A stretch of DNA of 61,987 nt from a virus (taxonomy: Duplodnaviria > Caudoviricetes). Below are positions 19,298 to 28,511 of the stretch, in pieces; positions within the stretch are counted from its first letter, which is position 1; the number at the start of each line of letters is the position of its first letter. The position numbers were made by a program, and so were the translations under genes. The stretch is from the IMG/VR virus record IMGVR_UViG_3300035494_000045, positions 1 through 61,987 of that record; one strand, written 5' to 3'. The notes under the pieces are model-generated. The model searched no databases and had not been told where the DNA came from. It worked only from the letters and a program-made list of their open reading frames with translations.

Positions 19298-19534
19298 ATG
19301 TGTGATGAAAATTTTAATGTTGATGTTTATTGGGAAGAGAAAGGATTCCATGTACGAATCAATAAACTAAACTACAATGAACAGACTGGCGAAGTTGAAC
19401 TGGACACTCAGATTGAAGAGGGTTATGAAGATGCATACACACAAGAGGAGCTTCGAGATTTCTTACAAAACTTCATCACCAGTGCAATCGAAGACCAGTT
19501 GGAAATCATGACATTAGTAGATGATGGTGAATGA
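19298..19534 (+). CDS. hypothetical acidic protein
   Basis: GGAGG SD. Confidence 0.55.
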   Translation: MCDENFNVDVYWEEKGFHVRINKLNYNEQTGEVELDTQIEEGYEDAYTQEELRDFLQNFITSAIEDQLEIMTLVDDGE

Positions 19535-20310
19535 GTATGAGTGAAACGTATTTCTGTAGCGATTTGCACCTAGGCCACGAAAATGTGAAAAAGTTTCGTG
19601 AAGGTTTTGAATCTGTAGAAGAACATGATGAAACCATCACCAATAGAATCATCAACAGCACAACAAAGCGCGATACTCTGTATATTCTTGGTGATGTTTG
19701 TTTTAAAAAGGAATCAATGAAGTATCTGAAGAGAATCGCTGACCATGTTAAATCTGTTAAGATTGTCTTGGGCAACCATGATGCAGAGCGTGGACACTCA
19801 CCAAGCGTTCAAGACTATATCGATATTGGATGCTCAGTTCATGGGTTGATTAAGTATAAGGGGTTCTGGTTATCACATGCCCCAATCCACCCATCAGAAC
19901 TTCGAGGTAAATTTAATATTCATGGTCACACTCATAATATCATGGTTGAGGACTTGAGATATATGAATGTATGTGTTGAACATCTTGGGGAAGCTGGTGT
20001 GATTGGTATCACAGACTTGAAAGATGAAGGAACGAATAGAAAGAACTTTATTCGAGAAAAAATCTTGAAAGATAATATTGATGTGTTGCAAAGTGCTTAC
20101 TATATGATTCACGGTCAAATTCATCCAGATATGGAAAACTTACAAGAACTTCACGATGGTTTGATTTCCATTTTATCAGAGTATGGGGATAGTGATTATT
20201 CTATTCCTTATACCATATCTGCACTGATTAAACAATGCAAATCAAATCTAAGACAGGATTGGTCTGAATATTATCAAAAGTATTATTTGGAATATAATGA
20301 ATGGGGATGA
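19531..20310 (+). CDS. metallophosphoesterase
   Basis: SDLHLGH, LGD, GNHD, LSHAP, HGHTH. Confidence 0.88.
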   Translation: MSMSETYFCSDLHLGHENVKKFREGFESVEEHDETITNRIINSTTKRDTLYILGDVCFKKESMKYLKRIADHVKSVKIVLGNHDAERGHSPSVQDYIDIGCSVHGLIKYKGFWLSHAPIHPSELRGKFNIHGHTHNIMVEDLRYMNVCVEHLGEAGVIGITDLKDEGTNRKNFIREKILKDNIDVLQSAYYMIHGQIHPDMENLQELHDGLISILSEYGDSDYSIPYTISALIKQCKSNLRQDWSEYYQKYYLEYNEWG

Positions 20311-20313
20311 TGT

Positions 20314-20472
20314 ATGAAAAAGAAAAAGAAAGTCAGACCAAAGGATGAAAGAAACCGAGTCCACCAAGAGTTGATTGAGAACTTTGGTGGTAAATCGGTT
20401 CCACATCGTGATAAGTCTAAGTATAGGAGAAAGAAAAAGCACAAGGAGGATATTAATGAAGATTATTCATGA
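20314..20472 (+). CDS. small basic protein, ArfA-like motif (absent from ORF track)
   Basis: 52 aa MKKKKKVRPKDERNRVHQELIENFGGKSVPHRDKSKYRRKKKHKEDINEDYS. Confidence 0.6.
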   Translation: MKKKKKVRPKDERNRVHQELIENFGGKSVPHRDKSKYRRKKKHKEDINEDYS

Positions 20473-20881
20473 TTCTTGGATTGGTGAAGAAGCCATTAAA
20501 CGAATGGAACAACACTATAATGCCAAGTATATCTGTGATACTGCCCTGAAGGGTGGAGATGGTAACTATGTCGATAGTCCTTTTGCTATCTTCTATGCAA
20601 ACGAAAAGCACCCAGAAGGCTCGAATTGGTTTGCTCTCTATCTTGACTATATTGGTAGGACTATGATTACCAATGCGATTGAAGTGGAAGGCAGAATCAT
20701 TAATGGTCTAATGGTGGATGATAAGATTGTCTATTCATCGTATCGTCATGATATGCAATGTCTTACTGATTCTAGTGGAAGTAGATGTTGTATTGATGGT
20801 GGAGTTGATTATTTAAAAGTGTTGGGAACTTGCCCAATCGTTAAATTAAAAGTAACAAAAGATGGTTTAGTAAGAGTATGA
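20456..20881 (+). CDS. hypothetical protein, paralog of 21986-22414
   Basis: AAGGAGG SD; shared Y.A.YICDT, FYA and GG motifs. Confidence 0.7.
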   Translation: MKIIHDSWIGEEAIKRMEQHYNAKYICDTALKGGDGNYVDSPFAIFYANEKHPEGSNWFALYLDYIGRTMITNAIEVEGRIINGLMVDDKIVYSSYRHDMQCLTDSSGSRCCIDGGVDYLKVLGTCPIVKLKVTKDGLVRV

Positions 20882-21426
20882 TTCACGCGCACCTTATCGA
20901 ACGTCATATGAACTTGGCTCTATATCATCAATCTGTTATTGTTGATACACAAACAGACCAAGCAACATTCATCCTCACAAACTTCGATGAAAAGATGACA
21001 GGTTATCAGAAATATAATCCGAAAGGCAATAAGACACTAAGGAAGAATCAAGACGAGGCAAAATACTTCACGCATGTTTCTAAGGGGAATATCGGTGCAT
21101 GGGGATTAGAATACCAATCTGAAGAATATCCTCAGATATTGATAATCGTTGAAGGTGTATTTAAGGCTTGTCGGTTTCATAAACATGACATACAAGCCAT
21201 AGCAACATTGACATCGAATCCGAAGTTTGCTAAGATGCAGTTTGTAGAACTACGTCAGAAATATTTAACCATTGTCATACCTGACCCCGATATGGCTGGG
21301 CGAAAACTAATCAAATATGGTAAGACGTATTTGGAAGTTGATGAACCCATTGACGAGATGAGTGATGAGTCTTTTATGAGATTGGTTAATAAAATTAAGA
21401 ATATGGAGGTATATGATGAGCGATAA
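20878..21426 (+). CDS. stand-alone Toprim (primase-like) protein
   Basis: GYQ.YNP, IVEGVF.A, DPD.AG. Confidence 0.7.
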   Translation: MIHAHLIERHMNLALYHQSVIVDTQTDQATFILTNFDEKMTGYQKYNPKGNKTLRKNQDEAKYFTHVSKGNIGAWGLEYQSEEYPQILIIVEGVFKACRFHKHDIQAIATLTSNPKFAKMQFVELRQKYLTIVIPDPDMAGRKLIKYGKTYLEVDEPIDEMSDESFMRLVNKIKNMEVYDER

Positions 21427-21754
21427 GATTAAAATTTATAATGAAACGCTGGGGTTATCGGCTACTGGTTACTATCATCGAGGTGGGCTATTTAGTAATC
21501 GTGGTGGTATTTTCTCTAAACCAGATGGTAAGGGGTTACGTTTCGGTGCATCGTGGAAAGTCGGCATCTTACCATTCAAAGATTTTGAGGATATGAGAGG
21601 TCGAGAATGGGAATGGTTCGTGGATGATTGCTACTATCATATGATTTGTGTTCGATTGAAAAATGATAGGGACTTCAATTCCCCGACCTCATTTCATTTT
21701 ACTGGAATGGATGAGGCTAAAGAGTTCTGTTCGTTATTAAGTCGGTCAGTATAG
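21413..21754 (+). CDS. hypothetical protein
   Basis: GGAGG SD. Confidence 0.6.
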   Translation: MMSDKIKIYNETLGLSATGYYHRGGLFSNRGGIFSKPDGKGLRFGASWKVGILPFKDFEDMRGREWEWFVDDCYYHMICVRLKNDRDFNSPTSFHFTGMDEAKEFCSLLSRSV

Positions 21755-21762
21755 GAGAGTAT

Positions 21763-22008
21763 ATGCAAAGTAGATTATCATCGCTCATTGAGCAGATTTT
21801 AAATGTGGGTAGTGGATTTCTAATCTCACTTATTGTGTGGATGTATGTGATTGTGCCTATATGGGATTTCGAGGTAACATTGACAGAGAACCTAGCTATC
21901 ACCATTATATTCACTGTCGTGTCTGTAATTCGTGGATATGCTTGGCGAAGAATATTCAATAGGATTCATAGTAAGGAAACCAACAATGTGCACAAAAATT
22001 CTCAATAA
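21763..22008 (+). CDS. small membrane protein
   Basis: Two TM segments, RGY.WRR.FN. Confidence 0.7.
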   Translation: MQSRLSSLIEQILNVGSGFLISLIVWMYVIVPIWDFEVTLTENLAITIIFTVVSVIRGYAWRRIFNRIHSKETNNVHKNSQ

Positions 22009-22414
22009 GAAATCACTCCCATCCAATATTGTGGATATGATAGTCGAACAGTATGATGCTAGGTATATCTGCGATACTGATATTTTCTTGGAGGGAGAAT
22101 GGATTCCAAACCTGGTTGCACTGTTCTATGCTGAATCTCCACCAGAAGACACCAATTGGATTGGCTTTACTTACTTACATGATGAGCCGATTGTTATAAG
22201 AGGAAATGGGGCATTAGAAGAAACACCATATATCAGGGCTGTATACACACCAGACGGGTATATGTACAGTACACATATGTCGGATAAACGCTCTTATACT
22301 GAAAATGGATATGATATTACAATCAGTGGTGGTAGAAGTGAACCACTAATCAAAGGTGATGCCAAGGTTGTTGATTTAATCATCACGCCAAATGGTTTGG
22401 AAATCGTACACTAA
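21986..22414 (+). CDS. hypothetical protein, paralog of 20456-20881
   Basis: QYDARYICDT, LFYAE..P. Confidence 0.65.
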   Translation: MCTKILNKKSLPSNIVDMIVEQYDARYICDTDIFLEGEWIPNLVALFYAESPPEDTNWIGFTYLHDEPIVIRGNGALEETPYIRAVYTPDGYMYSTHMSDKRSYTENGYDITISGGRSEPLIKGDAKVVDLIITPNGLEIVH

Positions 22415-22494
22415 GTTTTTAAAATAAAATATTTAACAATCACAAAACTCCATGTTATTATGCTTTTGTATGACTAACATGGAGGTTTTTTATT

Positions 22495-22821
22495 ATGGAA
22501 TTTGTGAAATATGTTGATGTGAGTCATCTACCAAATGACTTCCCCTACGTTCAAGTCATTGATGGATTCGACATCAAGGTGAATGATGTAACATTTAAAC
22601 TGTTGAGAGCAAATACGAGAAGTGAAATTATCTTTGCTTATATGAATGAGAATCTTCTTACGGATAACCCTTGGGATAATACATTGTTAGAAATCAAACA
22701 TAAGAGTCGTTTCGTAGTAGATTCTGAAGGTGTGATACAAAAACAACGTGATATTAAAGGTGAACTCACAATATCCATGTACAACAAAATTAAAGATTTG
22801 ATTTTGATGGAGCAGTTGTAA
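22495..22821 (+). CDS. small protein, MEEL-tail family (..DLILMEQL)
   Basis: SD; C-terminal motif. Confidence 0.7.
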   Translation: MEFVKYVDVSHLPNDFPYVQVIDGFDIKVNDVTFKLLRANTRSEIIFAYMNENLLTDNPWDNTLLEIKHKSRFVVDSEGVIQKQRDIKGELTISMYNKIKDLILMEQL

Positions 22822-22822
22822 A

Positions 22823-23059
22823 GTGATTGATACCAGAACGGTTTATAAAGAGTATGTAAATGGTCATCATATTGTATTGACTGAGGCATGTAGCACTCTT
22901 AGTGATTTGCGAGAGAAGTCGAGAGTAATCCACGTTTATTTTGACATCGAGGAGTTAAAATTCATCGGAACTTACTCAAACAATGGATGGTATGGTGGAT
23001 ATATCCCAAACAGTGTTAAAGATGCTTGCAAATCACTTTTATTATTGGAGGAATTATGA
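22823..23059 (+). CDS. small protein, MEEL-tail family (..SLLLLEEL)
   Basis: Coupled; C-terminal motif. Confidence 0.65.
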   Translation: MIDTRTVYKEYVNGHHIVLTEACSTLSDLREKSRVIHVYFDIEELKFIGTYSNNGWYGGYIPNSVKDACKSLLLLEEL

Positions 23060-23265
23060 ACAGTACAAATGAAAGAATTATTGATGGTGAATTTATATAT
23101 AATGTGAATAATGTTGGGCAGGTGTATGTTTACAAAATCATAGATGGGTCAGAAGTTTTCCAAGGATATGTTGACAAATATGATGGTACAATGGGATTTG
23201 CTGGTAAAGCTATGAAAACTCAAATCCAAAAAGCATATGCCTTGATAGATATTGAGGACATCTGA
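23056..23265 (+). CDS. small protein, weak MEEL-tail (..ALIDIEDI)
   Basis: ATGA overlap. Confidence 0.6.
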   Translation: MNSTNERIIDGEFIYNVNNVGQVYVYKIIDGSEVFQGYVDKYDGTMGFAGKAMKTQIQKAYALIDIEDI

Positions 23266-23269
23266 TTAT

Positions 23270-23593
23270 ATGTCAAATAATATCAAAAAGATTACACAAA
23301 TCGAAGGTTTTGGTGTGGATATGGAAGGTTCTATTTATGAATTATACGAGATAATATCAAAGGCGGGGAATAAGTTATATGTCTATGCGAATATTCTGGA
23401 TGAGACTGACCCAGAAAATGATACTTATGATAAAGCAACCGAACTAGACATTGATATTTATGATAAGTGCATACTCATCGCATTTGCTTATACTGGTGAG
23501 GTCTTCAAAGAACCAAAACATCCTTGGGGAGAAAAGTATACCCAGATGATGAAAAGGAATATAGAAGATTTGATTATGATGGAGCATTTATGA
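23270..23593 (+). CDS. small protein, MEEL-tail family (..DLIMMEHL)
   Basis: C-terminal motif. Confidence 0.65.
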   Translation: MSNNIKKITQIEGFGVDMEGSIYELYEIISKAGNKLYVYANILDETDPENDTYDKATELDIDIYDKCILIAFAYTGEVFKEPKHPWGEKYTQMMKRNIEDLIMMEHL

Positions 23594-23802
23594 AAGACAT
23601 CGAAGTAGTTATAATCGGGAAATATGTTATTTGCGTTTCCACTGAGTTAGCCACAGTCAATGAAATAGTTCATGGATGTACGGTATATAGAGGTAAAGTA
23701 ATTTTTAGTGGTACTAACAACGATGTTATATTTTGTGGCGAATGTGATGACAAAAATATCATTGATACTGCAATGAACTTATTACTAATGGAGCAAATAT
23801 AA
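23590..23802 (+). CDS. small protein, MEEL-tail family (..NLLLMEQI)
   Basis: ATGA overlap; C-terminal motif. Confidence 0.65.
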   Translation: MKDIEVVIIGKYVICVSTELATVNEIVHGCTVYRGKVIFSGTNNDVIFCGECDDKNIIDTAMNLLLMEQI

Positions 23803-24068
23803 TGTTTCTTAAAAGGCTAAGAGAAGAAACAATCCACATTGAACAAAACACTTACATCATATTGTATGATGGTTGGGAAAGAACCGATGAAATAAACTAC
23901 GCAGAAGTTCGGTGTGTGGAAAAGGATGGAAATTTCTTCTTATTTACGGACTCAATATTTAAACATAAGGTCATCAGGAGCGATACGAATTGTAATCGCA
24001 TACCATATCATCACTTAAAAGAGTTGACATCCTATGTAAAAGATGTGATAATGATGGAACAAATTTAA
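23802..24068 (+). CDS. small protein, MEEL-tail family (..DVIMMEQI)
   Basis: TAATG overlap; C-terminal motif. Confidence 0.65.
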   Translation: MFLKRLREETIHIEQNTYIILYDGWERTDEINYAEVRCVEKDGNFFLFTDSIFKHKVIRSDTNCNRIPYHHLKELTSYVKDVIMMEQI

Positions 24069-24086
24069 ACAAGGAGGAAACAAAAC

Positions 24087-25262
24087 ATGACATTCCAAAT
24101 TCCAACACTGAGACAAGCAAAGAAACTTGTTAAAACTAATGAAGCATTCATCTCAAAAGTTGAGAAAGTCAATGGTGCAAATATTCATCATTTTGATTAT
24201 CTACTGGCATCACCAAAAGACTTCACCGTAACACCATATGCGAAAGAACTTCGCGGCATTTGTTATGTGACAAGTTTCTTTGGATTATTTTCTGATGCTT
24301 GGCCTATGCTCCATAAATTCCACAATCTGAATGAGTGTGAGGGTTATATGGAGAAAGACTTAAAGGACTATATCCTTGATGATGTAGAAATCAAGGAAGA
24401 TGGTTCGGTTGTGTCATTTATTAAGGTGAAAGGTAAATGGATTGCGAAGTCACACTATAGTTTCGCATCATACCAAGCAACACAAGCACAAAAACTTCTA
24501 ACATCAGAGTTGGAGAATTTATTAGACCATTGCTTGGACTATGATATTGTTCCAATCTTTGAACTGGTTGGTAAAAACAATCGTGTGGTTGTTGAGTATG
24601 ATGATAAGATTTCATTGCGTCTTATCTCTGCACGATATAAAACATCTGGTAACTATCTTGGTTTGGGTGGTATTAGAAAAATTGCTCCCAATGCTGGTGT
24701 TGAGGTAGTTGAAAGTGTATATGAAGAAAAATACAACTGTATGCCAATGACACAAATCCTTGAACACTTTAAGAATCTTGCTGAAACTGTTGAGGATATT
24801 GAGGGGTGGGTTTTGACTTTATACAATCCGTATACCCAAGACTACAAAAAAGTTAAAATCAAAACAAAATGGTATTTAAATTTGCATGGCGTATTAACTG
24901 GTACATCGACATATGCCAATAACATCATTGAAATGGTTCTTAACAAAACCATTGATGATTTATTGACACAGATGGGATTGGAAGAAGGTGACAGTCGGTT
25001 GGAATGGATTAATGAGGTAACAGAGACGATTGATAAAATCTTCAATCATCAGTACCATCGCATCACTGACCTAATTGAAAAAGAAAATGGTCTATCCGAC
25101 AAGGAGTTTGCTGAAAAGTATAAGGAAGACCCGTACTTCACTGTCATTATGAGAGTTCGTAAAGGACATGACTTGACAACTAAGTTGAAAGAGTATATAC
25201 TTCACGCAACTAGACGAAAAGAAATGGCAGAACAATTTTTGGAGGATTTTAAAGATGAGTGA
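24087..25262 (+). CDS. T4 Rnl1-like RNA ligase
   Basis: ELRG, KFHNLNE, motif I KEDGS, FELVG..NRVVV.Y, EGWV, KIKT.WY. Confidence 0.88.
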   Translation: MTFQIPTLRQAKKLVKTNEAFISKVEKVNGANIHHFDYLLASPKDFTVTPYAKELRGICYVTSFFGLFSDAWPMLHKFHNLNECEGYMEKDLKDYILDDVEIKEDGSVVSFIKVKGKWIAKSHYSFASYQATQAQKLLTSELENLLDHCLDYDIVPIFELVGKNNRVVVEYDDKISLRLISARYKTSGNYLGLGGIRKIAPNAGVEVVESVYEEKYNCMPMTQILEHFKNLAETVEDIEGWVLTLYNPYTQDYKKVKIKTKWYLNLHGVLTGTSTYANNIIEMVLNKTIDDLLTQMGLEEGDSRLEWINEVTETIDKIFNHQYHRITDLIEKENGLSDKEFAEKYKEDPYFTVIMRVRKGHDLTTKLKEYILHATRRKEMAEQFLEDFKDE

Positions 25263-26349
25263 AAAACTAACACCAATTGAATGGATGTACACACATAAGC
25301 CAATCTTGAGAGAATATTATGACTATGAGGGAGACCCTTGTGAGCATGGCGAAGATGCAGTTACACCATCACCATATCATTTGGAAGGAAGCGTCTGGAC
25401 ACATACCATGATGGTCTATTCGCATATGAATGCTATGTATGATGGTAAGGGTTTCGACTATATGTTATTGGCGGCTCTATTGCATGATATTGGTAAGATG
25501 GAATGTCGAGGGGAAGATGAGCATGGAAACATTCGATTCAAAGGTCATGAGGGATATTCTTTCTTCCGTTCTGTTGATGCGGTTAAAGAGTATATCAATC
25601 ATCGATATGATGGGTATACTGATGACTATACCAAAGCAGTATTATTTGCTATCGCCAATCATGGTATCTTCATGCACAATAAGAAGATGGCTAACAGCCC
25701 TGATTCAATCAAAAAAGCATTTGCACCATTTGATAAACTTTCCTTGGAATTGCTACATGATTTGATGGTTGCTGATAAGAAAGGACGCATTGTGGCTCAC
25801 GATGTCAAATTTAACGCACCAGAACAATCACCACTGGACGTTCTCATGGATTGTGAGTATGATGCACCTGTTGAGGTTAAAGAGCCATATACGAAGCGAG
25901 AATTGGTTATTATGGTCGGTCTTCCTGGTTCTGGTAAATCAACTTATATTAAGGAACACTTAGGCGACTATGCTGTTATCTCTCGTGATGCGATTATCAT
26001 GAAGAATTGTCCAACTGCTAAGTCATATTCAGAAGCATGGAAATCAGTTGACCAGAAAGAGATTGATAAAGAACTGATGCAACATGCTCAAAAAGTTTTC
26101 AAGACCGAGGACAAGATTGTTGTGGATATGACCAACCTTTCCAAGAAGTCTCGTAAGAAGTGGTTGGCATTGGCAAATCAGAATGATTTCTATACCAAGG
26201 TATATGTCATGGGGACATCATTAGCAACTTGTATTGATAGACGTTGGGATGGAAATAAAGCCATCAAATACGATATTATTGAAACAATGGCTAAGAAGTT
26301 CACATTTCCACTTGGTGATGAGTTCGACTTCGTGGATATTAAGTTATGA
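25255..26349 (+). CDS. HD phosphohydrolase plus polynucleotide kinase (P-loop) fusion
   Basis: HLEGSVWTHT, LLHDIGK, GLPGSGKST, VVD.TNL...R. Confidence 0.85.
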   Translation: MSEKLTPIEWMYTHKPILREYYDYEGDPCEHGEDAVTPSPYHLEGSVWTHTMMVYSHMNAMYDGKGFDYMLLAALLHDIGKMECRGEDEHGNIRFKGHEGYSFFRSVDAVKEYINHRYDGYTDDYTKAVLFAIANHGIFMHNKKMANSPDSIKKAFAPFDKLSLELLHDLMVADKKGRIVAHDVKFNAPEQSPLDVLMDCEYDAPVEVKEPYTKRELVIMVGLPGSGKSTYIKEHLGDYAVISRDAIIMKNCPTAKSYSEAWKSVDQKEIDKELMQHAQKVFKTEDKIVVDMTNLSKKSRKKWLALANQNDFYTKVYVMGTSLATCIDRRWDGNKAIKYDIIETMAKKFTFPLGDEFDFVDIKL

Positions 26350-26357
26350 CATAAATA
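26350..26357 (+). promoter_or_regulatory. late-promoter-like CATAAATA
   Basis: Near-consensus upstream of phoH. Confidence 0.4.
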
Positions 26358-26450
26358 CTTTTGTGAGATGTCAGTTATGATGTCTCACATTGTTTTATCT
26401 TTTTAACTTTAATAACACTTCCCTCATATTATTGAGGTAACGGAGTATAT

Positions 26451-27218
26451 ATGCCAGACTTGACTCGTGCTGAACGAAGAGAAATCAAACGTCAACGTAG
26501 AAGAGAGAAAAGAGCGCAAAGAAACCCATCAAGATACGAATCGGATACATTTGAGTCCATTCCAGTCATCCAAGACTATTCCCCTCCTAGACAATCATTC
26601 AACGTAGAAGCAAAAACAGAAGCACAGGGACACTATCTTTTAGCAATCGACACAAACACCATCACATTCGGCATCGGTTCTGCTGGTACTGGTAAAAGCC
26701 ATATTGCATTAGCAAAAGCGTGTGAATATTTGGAATCTAAGCGAGTAGACCGCATCATCCTAACCAGACCCATCCAAGATGCAGAGGATAACTCCCTTGG
26801 GACCCTTCCAGGTGACGTAAACGACAAGATAGCACCTTATCTTGCACCAGCAATGAACTTACTGTACAGATTCTTAGGAAAATCAAAAACAGAAGCCTAC
26901 ATCAGAACTGGTAAAATTGTTGGTCAGCCATTAGCAACCATGCGCGGACACACATTCGACAATTGTTTCATCATCCTAGACGAAGCACAAAACACCACAC
27001 CAAGTCAAATGAAGATGTTCTTGTCTCGTATTGGTAAGGGTTCTAAGATGGTTATTGATGGTGATGAGAAACAGTCAGACATTAAGGGAATATCTGGTTT
27101 AGCTGATGCGGTTAGAAGACTGCAAGGTTTACGTCAAATTGGTACAGTAGAATTTACGAGAGAAGACATCGTAAGAAATGACATCATCAGGTATATTTTA
27201 GAAAGGTACGAAAAGTAA
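26451..27218 (+). CDS. phoH: PhoH family ATPase
   Basis: G.AGTGKS, LTRP, LG.LPG, MRG.TF, LDEAQN, GD..QSD, DIVR. Confidence 0.93.
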   Translation: MPDLTRAERREIKRQRRREKRAQRNPSRYESDTFESIPVIQDYSPPRQSFNVEAKTEAQGHYLLAIDTNTITFGIGSAGTGKSHIALAKACEYLESKRVDRIILTRPIQDAEDNSLGTLPGDVNDKIAPYLAPAMNLLYRFLGKSKTEAYIRTGKIVGQPLATMRGHTFDNCFIILDEAQNTTPSQMKMFLSRIGKGSKMVIDGDEKQSDIKGISGLADAVRRLQGLRQIGTVEFTREDIVRNDIIRYILERYEK

Positions 27219-27227
27219 CTTAGGAAT

Positions 27228-27250
27228 GGGGAGCAACACGCTCCCTTTTC
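27228..27250 (+). terminator. rho-independent terminator
   Basis: GGGAGC-aacac-GCTCCC followed by TTTT. Confidence 0.65.
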
Positions 27251-27394
27251 TTTATCTAGGAATTGAAGAAACAGCCACACCAACAAACAACACAATCCCC
27301 AACATCATATTCTTAAATTTATTTGCAATCGTCTTAAACATCTGTTATAATCCTCTCTGTTATTGATAATATTCATTATATTTATGGAGGAAAA

Positions 27395-27886
27395 ATGAAA
27401 GCAATTTTAAAATATGTTGTACCACCACTATTGGTTTTGCCACTTTTGTGGTTTGGGTTACAAGAAGATGCGAATGTTTTATTGCAGATTGGTGCATACC
27501 TATGGTTGGTTATTATTTTCTTCGCATACGCTGTAGTAATTGGTATTAGTTTTGCATTTGTGCAATTGTTAGCAGATTCACTTGCGAAAGGCGATGGGGA
27601 TATATTCGACAGATTCAGAAACTTTACTGCACCACGCAACCCCCTTCAGTGGCTGTGGACATTTTTAATCACAAGTTTATTCACATTGATAATGGTGTAT
27701 AATGGTCATGCAATCTTGGCATCATTCTATGGAGCAACTGCTATATTGGCTATTATGAGAATTCGCAAGATGAGAAGTCAATATGAACTGGCTTATATGT
27801 TGTATTCATCTGGTCAGAGAGGAAGAGAGATTATGAAAAAACTTAGAGAACAATTTGGTGAAAAACACAATGGAGGTGCAGAGTGA
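27395..27886 (+). CDS. membrane protein
   Basis: GGAGG SD, 3-4 TM segments. Confidence 0.7.
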   Translation: MKAILKYVVPPLLVLPLLWFGLQEDANVLLQIGAYLWLVIIFFAYAVVIGISFAFVQLLADSLAKGDGDIFDRFRNFTAPRNPLQWLWTFLITSLFTLIMVYNGHAILASFYGATAILAIMRIRKMRSQYELAYMLYSSGQRGREIMKKLREQFGEKHNGGAE

Positions 27887-28506
27887 AAAAGATTTTAGTT
27901 GAAAAATATAGACCAAAGAGCATTTCTGATTATGTCTTCCAAAATAAGGACAATGAGAGAAAGATTAAGAAATGGCTAAAGGAAAAGAATATCCCTCATG
28001 TCTTGATGTCTGGAACACCTGGTACTGGCAAGACAACCATGAGTCGAATCCTTGTTAATGAACTTGGAATCGACAATACGGATGTTCTAATGATGAACGC
28101 TTCTCTTATGCGACTAGAAGACATTAGGGGGAAAGTTGTGCCATTTGTTGGGAAGAGTGCATTCAGCCCATTCAAGGTTGTACAACTTGAGGAATGTCTT
28201 CACGAAGATGAGGTTGTAATGATTGGAAATTTGGATGATAGACAACAAAAAAGAATAGGCGATTTGCCAATTGGTGAAAAGTTTGCAATCCCATCAATTA
28301 ACATGGAAACTGGTGAACTTGAAAACGATACAGGCGAAGTTATTGTTGTGAAAGAGGACGAATTGTATGAAATTGAACTTGTCGATGGGAGAACAATAAA
28401 AGTCACAGAAGACCATCCGATGTTAGTGTTACTCAATGGGAAGATTGTTGAGAAAACCATAAAGGACGGGTTATGTGCGGACGATGAACTGATTGTTGTT
28501 TGGTGA
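27883..28506 (+). CDS. clamp loader ATPase (gp44/RFC-S) N-half fused to split intein N fragment
   Basis: VEKYRP, GTPGTGKTT, NAS, LEE then CL intein start at 28195; block B I.VTEDHP. Confidence 0.9.
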   Translation: MKKILVEKYRPKSISDYVFQNKDNERKIKKWLKEKNIPHVLMSGTPGTGKTTMSRILVNELGIDNTDVLMMNASLMRLEDIRGKVVPFVGKSAFSPFKVVQLEECLHEDEVVMIGNLDDRQQKRIGDLPIGEKFAIPSINMETGELENDTGEVIVVKEDELYEIELVDGRTIKVTEDHPMLVLLNGKIVEKTIKDGLCADDELIVVW

Positions 28507-28511
28507 TTAAT

